Below are positions 57,443 through 64,000 of a stretch of DNA of 64,000 bases, piece by piece. Location: NCBI GenBank assembly GCA_051647245.1, contig JBOFDS010000011.1, forward strand, positions 47,945 through 111,944, read 5' to 3'. A model generated the notes under the pieces. That model did no database searches. It had not been told where the DNA came from and saw nothing but the letters and a program-made list of their open reading frames with translations. Position numbers and translations under genes: made by a program. Each line of letters opens with the position of its first letter. The stretch's first letter is position 1. Origin of the DNA: Brevinema sp. Its GTDB lineage: Bacteria; Spirochaetota; Brevinematia; Brevinematales; Brevinemataceae.

Positions 57443-58334
57443 ATTTAACAAATGTTACATCATAACCATTCAAGATCATCAAGTCTGGTCTATACTCAAA
57501 ATGCATGGTATCATAAAAGATCCATTTTCCACCCCAAGCAAAACCATACTTCTCAAAGAGTTTAATGGCAGATTCTGGCGGATGCCAACGTCTCGTAAGA
57601 GGCTCTGTTACCCAATCAATATCCAAATTCTGCGCCCAAAGCCAATAATAAGATTTTTTGGTGCGACTATCTAAAGTATCAATTGCCACTCCGTAAGAAT
57701 GTAAGCTCCTCGCCTTTGATCCAGCGATTCTTCTCCAAAAAAATGAATATACTGTATCCACTTCTCTCAGAAAATCACGAACTTCTTTATCTTGTCTTGC
57801 TAATTTATAGAGTTCATCTTCTACTTTTTTGAGTGGTTTATGAGCAAATTGATGAATGAGGACTTGTTTTTTGAGGAAAGTTGTTTTAACGATTTGAGTA
57901 TTTGTATCAGCCAAAGTTGACATTCCGTATAATTTTTCATAAAACAAATGATGCGCCGATTTTCGATTTTTACGATAAACTTTTGAGGATTTTTTACGAA
58001 TCTCAGCAAGTTCTAATTGACTATAACTTCGTGGATCTGGAATTTCACGAGCATAACTATAAAAAGCATTGACACCATAATTATTCCAATTAGATCTCTC
58101 ATGTTCAGGGAGCAAACGCCCATTAACCCAGTAAAATACAGTGTTCCGAACAACAATAGCAGGGTCAGGATGTTTGTTTTCACTTTCTGGAATTATCTTG
58201 ACAACACCTGGGTAGGCTTTGACAAGAGCGCTGAAAACTTCATCATGATAAAAAGTATACTCCACCGCATTTAAAGATGAAATCCCAAAAAACAATAAAA
58301 CACTAACGAATAAGTGGGTAAATTTGCTTCGCAT
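57441..58334 (-). CDS. secreted M15-family (LAS) metallopeptidase
   Basis: Signal peptide. SLHSYGVAIDT (SxHxxGxAxD) and DTMHFEY zinc-site motifs. Confidence 0.7.
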   Translation of the reverse strand: MRSKFTHLFVSVLLFFGISSLNAVEYTFYHDEVFSALVKAYPGVVKIIPESENKHPDPAIVVRNTVFYWVNGRLLPEHERSNWNNYGVNAFYSYAREIPDPRSYSQLELAEIRKKSSKVYRKNRKSAHHLFYEKLYGMSTLADTNTQIVKTTFLKKQVLIHQFAHKPLKKVEDELYKLARQDKEVRDFLREVDTVYSFFWRRIAGSKARSLHSYGVAIDTLDSRTKKSYYWLWAQNLDIDWVTEPLTRRWHPPESAIKLFEKYGFAWGGKWIFYDTMHFEYRPDLMILNGYDVTFVK

Positions 58335-58380
58335 GAAAAACTCCTATGCAACGAAATAATATAGTGCTTGAAATTTATTT

Positions 58381-59031
58381 TTATTTATTTTTTTCGTTAA
58401 CAATTTCAACGATACGAGCGATAACTTCTTCCTTTGTGAGGTTCGAAGTATCAATCACAATCCCATTTTCAGGCAATACTAAAGGACTTATATCACGATT
58501 CATATCTTCGTGATCTCGTAACACAATCTCATTTTCGAGATCAGCTAAATCTTTATCGACACCTCGAGCCTGTAACTCAAGAAAACGTCTTTGTGCACGT
58601 ACTTTCACAGAGGCATCCAAATAAATCTTAACCTCAGCTTTAGGGAATACATTAGAACCTATATCACGCCCTTCGGCAACGACATTTATGTTTTGCGCAA
58701 GAGAACGCTGCAATTCGTACATTTTTTCACGTACAAGAGGATGAACACTTACGACTTTGGATGTAAAAATATCCATCTCTGGAGTTCTGATAAGATCGGT
58801 AACATCTTGACCCATCGCAATGATACGTCTATTTTCAAAAGAAATAGTAAAATCTTGGAGCAATTGATCAAAAGCAGCATCTTCAAAAGTAATATTATCT
58901 TTTTTCATCATGTAGGCAAAAGATCGGTACATAGCACCCGTATCAAGCACTTCCATGTTTAACAATTCGGCTACTTTTTTTGAAATTGAACTTTTTCCAG
59001 CTCCTGCTGGCCCATCAATGGTCACAATCAT
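58381..59031 (-). CDS. cmk: cytidylate kinase
   Basis: IVTIDGPAGAGKSS P-loop, DTGAMYR, EGRDIGS. Confidence 0.92.
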   Translation of the reverse strand: MIVTIDGPAGAGKSSISKKVAELLNMEVLDTGAMYRSFAYMMKKDNITFEDAAFDQLLQDFTISFENRRIIAMGQDVTDLIRTPEMDIFTSKVVSVHPLVREKMYELQRSLAQNINVVAEGRDIGSNVFPKAEVKIYLDASVKVRAQRRFLELQARGVDKDLADLENEIVLRDHEDMNRDISPLVLPENGIVIDTSNLTKEEVIARIVEIVNEKNK

Positions 59032-59100
59032 TTTGTTCCTCTATCTAACTAAAGAAAAGATAAGCATTTTAGCACTTATCTTTTCTTTTTTATTTTGAAA

Positions 59101-59577
59101 TTAAATTTCTTCTTCGTCTTCATCAGCTTGAGCAAGAAATTCTTCTAATTCTTCTGGTGTAAGATTTGCTAAGATTTCTTCAAGTTCCGTTTCAGTTGGT
59201 TCTTGATCAGTTTCGAGGTCGGATTGATCCTCGCTTGGACGTTTAACAGATTTCATCAATCCATCTAAGTCATAAAAGGCACGTTTTTCTTCAACCAAAA
59301 TATGAATCACGAGATCCACACAATCCATCACCAACCATCCCTCGGAATAATCTTCTGTAGGATTTTGGACAGGATAGCCAGCTTGTTTAACGATCATTGA
59401 TAAAGTGCGACGAGCGGCTTCGAGCTGTAAAATATGTGTTGCGGTAGCGACAATAACTAGATCCGTAAGAGGACTACGGCCTTGAACATCATAAAATTCG
59501 ATGTTATCCATAGTGAGACGTTCACATTCTTTAGTAATTTCGTCAATAAGTGTTTGCATTTGTGCAGTAATTGCCAT
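59101..59577 (-). CDS. rsfS: ribosome silencing factor RsfS with acidic C-terminal tail
   Basis: TDLVIVATATHILQLEA...EGWLVMDCVDLVIHIL..E.RAFYDL: Iojap/RsfS pattern, plus a ~45-aa D/E-rich extension. Confidence 0.85.
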   Translation of the reverse strand: MAITAQMQTLIDEITKECERLTMDNIEFYDVQGRSPLTDLVIVATATHILQLEAARRTLSMIVKQAGYPVQNPTEDYSEGWLVMDCVDLVIHILVEEKRAFYDLDGLMKSVKRPSEDQSDLETDQEPTETELEEILANLTPEELEEFLAQADEDEEEI

Positions 59578-60389
59578 TATTGTTGTTCCTTAAATCGTGT
59601 TTTGAGGTTTGCAATCGTGAGGTTGCGGGCTTCTTGATCCATTTCTGGTAAGATTACAGAAGCAAGTAAGCCAAGAAATTCTACATCAGAGACCTTAAGG
59701 AAAGAGCGGGTTTTGAGGTCTTTCCAAATTTTGAGATCTTGTTCAGCTTGTTTTCTCAAAGAAATTTTGGTAGAGCGTTGAGCATCTTCAAGAAACTTAA
59801 AAAGCCCTGAAACTGCATCAATATTACCAGCAAGAAATAAATCCAAAAGTTGATACTTCGCAATAAATGCCAAAATATCGTATGTCAAGACATGCATCAC
59901 CTGAGGCATGGAAACGTGACGATAATAAGCCAGCACCTGTTCTCTTGTAAAGTCTTTCATGCCATAATTTTTTGTATTATTTATAATTTTTATGGAAGAA
60001 GAAAAACTCTCATCACTGTAATTAGTTTGAGTCATGAACAAAATCTGTTCTTCCGTAGACAAAGATGTCATAAATTCTTCATAAGAAAATTTCACCAAAT
60101 CTTTTAGCAACGTATGATAAAAGAAATGTGCAGTCTGCACACCATCAAAGCTCATGATTGCTTCATTCACACGCAGTTGACGAAGTTTTTGAGCAAATTC
60201 AGGATCAGCTTCTTTTTGATCTAAAATAGTACCAAGTTCATTAGTTTGATTTTCTGCGAAAAGTTGTAATTCTGACTCGTTAAGTAGTTTATTCCAGTGA
60301 CTCATCCTTGTTTGAAGACGATAAATTTCCCCTTCAATCGCACAAGAGCTTGTCATAAACAAGATGAGTAACAAATAAATATTTCTCAT
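59577..60389 (-). CDS. hypothetical lipoprotein
   Basis: MRNIYLLLILFMTSSC lipobox, helical. Its stop overlaps the rsfS start. Confidence 0.5.
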   Translation of the reverse strand: MRNIYLLLILFMTSSCAIEGEIYRLQTRMSHWNKLLNESELQLFAENQTNELGTILDQKEADPEFAQKLRQLRVNEAIMSFDGVQTAHFFYHTLLKDLVKFSYEEFMTSLSTEEQILFMTQTNYSDESFSSSIKIINNTKNYGMKDFTREQVLAYYRHVSMPQVMHVLTYDILAFIAKYQLLDLFLAGNIDAVSGLFKFLEDAQRSTKISLRKQAEQDLKIWKDLKTRSFLKVSDVEFLGLLASVILPEMDQEARNLTIANLKTRFKEQQ

Positions 60390-60396
60390 AAATCAC

Positions 60397-61044
60397 CTAG
60401 TCGAAAATATTATCATAGATTTGACTATCTTCAGAAGTCTCGATGACAAAAATTTTAGAATCGTAGTTTTTATTAAATTCGATATAAGTTAGAGATAATG
60501 TCGTCGTAACACCAACACGTGAAGTCGCTTTTATACGGTAGATCAAGCCATTTTTATCAGAAATCAATTCCACACCACGAAAACTTGTAGTATTCCATTT
60601 TGGTTCAAAATTCAATTGATAAGCAGGAATTTTTCCATACATAATCTCAAGTCCTGTTTTAGGTGCTGTTACAATATATTGTCTGCGAAGACGACGAATA
60701 TTCCACGATGTAACCGTGGTTTCTTTACCGAGTTTTTGACGAGCAATAATTGTACCCTCTTGAATCCAAATAAAATTCCCGTCAGAAACGATTTTTTTAT
60801 TATCGCCTGTGTTGGTTTTTTTAAATTCCATAACAAATTTATTTGGAGCGATATAAGTCATTACACCCGTGTAAGACCTTTTATCTTTTTGATAGACAAA
60901 GTTTGCTTTAAAACTCTTATAAGAAGCTGATTTCTTTTCGATAATATCCGCAACAGAATTTGCGTTGAATACGCTGATAGCTTGTGCAGAAACGATCGCT
61001 GGTATCATTAAAAGCACCACTGAAAGAAGTGACAAACGTTTCAT
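60397..61044 (-). CDS. LolA-like outer-membrane lipoprotein carrier/sorting fold protein
   Basis: Signal peptide. FKANFVYQK...YTGVMTYIAPNKFVMEF...IVSDGNFIWI is the LolA/LppX-type pattern. Confidence 0.55.
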   Translation of the reverse strand: MKRLSLLSVVLLMIPAIVSAQAISVFNANSVADIIEKKSASYKSFKANFVYQKDKRSYTGVMTYIAPNKFVMEFKKTNTGDNKKIVSDGNFIWIQEGTIIARQKLGKETTVTSWNIRRLRRQYIVTAPKTGLEIMYGKIPAYQLNFEPKWNTTSFRGVELISDKNGLIYRIKATSRVGVTTTLSLTYIEFNKNYDSKIFVIETSEDSQIYDNIFD

Positions 61045-61239
61045 GATTCCTCCCTAAGTATAAACACTATTATTATAACGAAAAAAACGAAATTCTGCAA
61101 GATATTTACACCTTGTACAATAAATAATTTATCAGAAAAAGATTCTTTTTAAAGAAGAAAGTGTAAAATCCTTGTACTTTTTTAGAAATTAAATTATAAT
61201 ACACTATGAAAATATCATACAAATTTTAGGAGCATCTAC

Positions 61240-62319
61240 GTGAGCGAAGAAAAGAATTTAGAACAAGTTGAAGCTGCTGCGGCAGAACCAACACCAAAAA
61301 AAGAAGCAAAAGCTGCAAAAGCAACCCCAATATCTGATGAAAAAAGAAAAGCTCTCGAAGCTACCATCAACCAACTCGAAAAACAATTCGGGAAAGGATC
61401 TATGATGTGGCTCGGCAGCAAAGAAGTTGAAGCGGTGCCTGTCATCCCGACTGGTGCCTTGACTTTGGATCTTGCTCTTGGAGTTGGTGGTGTGCCTTAC
61501 GGAAGAATTACAGAGATCTACGGGCCTGAGGCTTCTGGTAAAACCACTTTGACCCTCAGCTTGATCGCCGAAGCTCAAAAGCAAGGATCCACTTGTGCCT
61601 TCATCGACGCAGAACACGCTCTCGATGCAGAATATGCTCGTAGCATTGGTGTGGATATTGAAAATCTCTTGATTTCCCAACCTGATAACGGAGAACAAGC
61701 CCTCGAAATCGCAGAAGCCCTCGTGAGAAGTGGTGCTGTGGAGTTGATCGTTATTGACTCCGTGGCTGCACTTGTTCCTAAGAACGAAATCGAAGGAAAT
61801 ATGGGTGACTCAGTGATGGGTATGCAGGCTCGTTTGATGAGTCAGGCTCTCAGAAAATTAACCCACATCGTAAGTAAAGCAAAATGTGCCATCGTCTTTA
61901 TCAACCAAATTCGTATGAAGATTGGTGTCATCTACGGAAGTCCTGAAACAACGACAGGTGGTATGGCTCTCAAATTCTACTCTTCCGTCCGTATTGAAAT
62001 CAGAAGAAAAGAACAGCTAAAACGAGGTGATGAAGTCTACGGAAATCTCGTCGTCGCAAAAGTTATCAAAAATAAAATGGCTCCACCTCACAAAAATGCT
62101 ATGTTTGAAATCCGTTTTGGTAAAGGGATCTCAAAAATTGCTTGTATCGTGGATGCTGCAACAGAACTTGGAGTAATTGAACGTAAAGGTTCTTGGTACT
62201 TCCAAGGCGAAGACCGTATTGGTCAAGGTCGCGATAATGTAATTCAATTACTTGAATCCGACGAAGTGAAATTAAAAGAGATTGATCTTTTAGTTCGCGA
62301 AAAACTTTCAAATAATTAA
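61240..62319 (+). CDS. recA: recombinase RecA
   Basis: [13 protein letters not shown] Walker [11 protein letters not shown]1/L2 loops. GTG start with AGGAG 8 nt upstream. ~35-aa Lys/Ala-rich N-terminal extension. Confidence 0.95.
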   Translation: MSEEKNLEQVEAAAAEPTPKKEAKAAKATPISDEKRKALEATINQLEKQFGKGSMMWLGSKEVEAVPVIPTGALTLDLALGVGGVPYGRITEIYGPEASGKTTLTLSLIAEAQKQGSTCAFIDAEHALDAEYARSIGVDIENLLISQPDNGEQALEIAEALVRSGAVELIVIDSVAALVPKNEIEGNMGDSVMGMQARLMSQALRKLTHIVSKAKCAIVFINQIRMKIGVIYGSPETTTGGMALKFYSSVRIEIRRKEQLKRGDEVYGNLVVAKVIKNKMAPPHKNAMFEIRFGKGISKIACIVDAATELGVIERKGSWYFQGEDRIGQGRDNVIQLLESDEVKLKEIDLLVREKLSNN

Positions 62320-62335
62320 TATCACGGGGTAAAAA

Positions 62336-63562
62336 ATGGTAGAATTATCATATCTTGAAGATGGAGTGGTCGCTCCTATTGGCTTTAAAGCAACAGGGGT
62401 TTCTTGTGGATTAAAACACGGAGGCTCAAAGGATATTTCCTTACTTCTAAGTCAAGAACCATGCACCACAGCCATGGCTTTCACAAAAAACAAAATCCAA
62501 GGGGCACACATTAGTGTCGACAAAGAACGTGTTAGCAACACATGTCGTGCCTTATTAATTAACAGTGGTAACGCAAATTGTCTCACAGGGCAACAAGGAA
62601 TTGAAAATGCTCGTGAAATGATGAAAGTAACTGAAGAAAAGTTACACCTCATGTCCGGAGAATGTTTGGTTGCTTCAACAGGAGTAATCGGTGTGCCTAT
62701 TGATATGGTACGTATTAAATACGGAATCGAAAGACTCTCTACTGTTATTCGAACAGAAAATAACGTAAAACATTTTGCAGCTGGTATCATGACTGCTGAA
62801 AATCGTCAAAAAAATCTTGCTTGTGGGTTTTCTTTAGATGGGATTCCTGTGAGAATTGGTGTTACAGCAAAGGGTACAACTATGGTAAAACCATGGCTTG
62901 AAACCATGCAAGGAACATTAATTACAGTGATCACATCTGATATTTGTATCGAGAAGAACCTTCTACAAGAGGCACTAGCTGAGGCGATTGGTATTTCTTT
63001 AAATCGTATGTCTATTGATAATGATCTTAGCCCTAATGACAGTGTATTTTTCCTCGCTAATGGAATGGCAAAAAACCCTATCATTTCCGACAAAAACGAT
63101 CCGCGTTATGCTACTTTCTTAGAAGTTTTGAAACAAATTCTTACAGAGGCAACAAAGATTTTGATTCGTCAAGGACTTGGTATCACAAAACTAATCAATC
63201 TCAATGTCAAAAACGCAGCTTCTCCTGAAGATGCAGAAAATGCAGTACGTAAAATTGCTGAGTCATATCAAGTGAAAACAGCCTTCCATGGTCAAATACC
63301 AGCATGGCAACGTATCCTTAACGTAATTTCTTATAGTAATACGGATTTTGATCTGGAATCTATTCAAATTAAATTTAATGGATATGCGCTTTTTGAAAAT
63401 GGTGCAGCAAACCTCCCAAATTACGCCATAGCAAAGAGTCAAATGGCTCAAGTTGAATGTCTAATAGAGATAGATCTCCAAAAGGGATCACATGATGCTC
63501 AATTATGGACTTGTGATCTGTCTCATGATTACGTTAAATCCAACACCTATCTTACAGAATAA
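62336..63562 (+). CDS. argJ: ArgJ-family glutamate N-acetyltransferase / amino-acid acetyltransferase
   Basis: VAPIGFKATGVSCGLK, INSGNANC, autoprocessing-site region KGTTMVKPWLETMQGTLITVITSD (Thr retained), C-terminal CDLSHDYVKSNTYLTE. Confidence 0.8.
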   Translation: MVELSYLEDGVVAPIGFKATGVSCGLKHGGSKDISLLLSQEPCTTAMAFTKNKIQGAHISVDKERVSNTCRALLINSGNANCLTGQQGIENAREMMKVTEEKLHLMSGECLVASTGVIGVPIDMVRIKYGIERLSTVIRTENNVKHFAAGIMTAENRQKNLACGFSLDGIPVRIGVTAKGTTMVKPWLETMQGTLITVITSDICIEKNLLQEALAEAIGISLNRMSIDNDLSPNDSVFFLANGMAKNPIISDKNDPRYATFLEVLKQILTEATKILIRQGLGITKLINLNVKNAASPEDAENAVRKIAESYQVKTAFHGQIPAWQRILNVISYSNTDFDLESIQIKFNGYALFENGAANLPNYAIAKSQMAQVECLIEIDLQKGSHDAQLWTCDLSHDYVKSNTYLTE

Positions 63563-63573
63563 AAACTCAAAAT

Positions 63574-63600
63574 AAAAACACCCTAAAAAGGGTGTTTTTT
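63574..63600. terminator. bidirectional terminator
   Basis: aaaaACACCCTaaaaAGGGTGTtttttt. Same stem as the terminator at 47639 but with a different loop. Confidence 0.65.
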
Positions 63601-63610
63601 GATTTAAATA

Positions 63611-64000
63611 TTACTTACGAATTCTTGTTTGAGGAGCATGAGCTGGAATAGGAATGGAAACCTTTTTATATAGTTGTTTTTGTGAGGTGAAATTTGGATC
63701 AGCAGCCATCTCCAGCATCCCAGGCATAGGCATTCTCACGTAAGCACCTATTGTCTTTTGACTTTCAGGAGTAAATAGAGTAAGATACATTGCAGTATCA
63801 TGTACTGTTAAACTATACTTCAGTTGATAAGCCGTATCTTGTATTACCTCAGATTCTTCCGAAGAAACCATCATTGTAACATTTTGAGCATCCCTAAAGA
63901 TGAACTTTTGCTCTGTTGCGACAATTTTTTGTTCAGAGAAAAGATCCTTTGTTACATGAAAGTATGACCAAGCTCCAATCAATGAAGCATGGGTAACATT
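63611..64000 (-). CDS. hypothetical protein, 5'-partial (continues beyond the window end)
   Basis: The minus-strand frame stays open from 63982 to base 64000 (NVTHASLIGAW...), so the listed TTG start is probably internal. No motif recognised. Confidence 0.4.
   Translation of the reverse strand, partial: NVTHASLIGAWSYFHVTKDLFSEQKIVATEQKFIFRDAQNVTMMVSSEESEVIQDTAYQLKYSLTVHDTAMYLTLFTPESQKTIGAYVRMPMPGMLEMAADPNFTSQKQLYKKVSIPIPAHAPQTRIRK

Noticed and set aside
61045-61239. Repeated ccttgtac motif upstream of recA, considered as a possible SOS/LexA box.
   Set aside because: One copy coincides with a TTGTAC-N17-TATAAT promoter -35 element. There is no palindromic LexA-like site, so the evidence is insufficient.
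1-64000. Looked for CRISPR arrays, rRNA genes, IS elements with terminal inverted repeats, and long tandem repeats.
   Set aside because: No regularly spaced direct repeats, no rRNA-like conserved blocks and no transposase-like ORFs are visible. The only mobile-element traces are the integrase stub and methyltransferase fragment reported above.

Overview
AT-rich bacterial chromosome segment, almost certainly from a spirochete: it encodes a FlaA periplasmic-flagellum sheath protein, FliL/FliM, FlgM, a BatD-like protein and many lipobox lipoproteins. About 60 protein genes are tightly packed and most are core housekeeping: ruvC, htrA-like, mnmE, yidC, murA, cysS, smpB, yggS/T/U, two MATE pumps, rpsA, fruA, dxr, folD, rsmI, pepF, valS, accB, hemW, cmk, rsfS, recA and argJ. 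There are two tRNAs, Thr-CGU and Leu-CAG. Many A-run/hairpin/T-run bidirectional terminators sit between convergent genes. I saw no rRNA genes, CRISPR arrays or intact mobile elements. The only clearly accessory stretch begins directly after tRNA-Leu and runs from about 11.55 kb to about 20.6 kb. It holds an eroded integrative element (integrase N-terminal stub, a type IIG/Eco57I-like adenine methyltransferase fragment, and two tandem split M15/LAS-like peptidase ORFs). This is followed by a decaying cupin/hydrolase operon with an AraC regulator, an aldo-keto reductase and a secreted ankyrin-repeat protein. I did not find an intact, convincing novel multi-gene system. The best leads are: the unusual tandem M15-like pair in the island, a structured 180-nt spacer with an 18-bp perfect inverted repeat abutting tRNA-Leu, an Eda-fold protein lacking its catalytic residues, and identical 29-nt hairpins bracketing fruA. 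All functional calls rest on motif recognition by eye. No database search was run.
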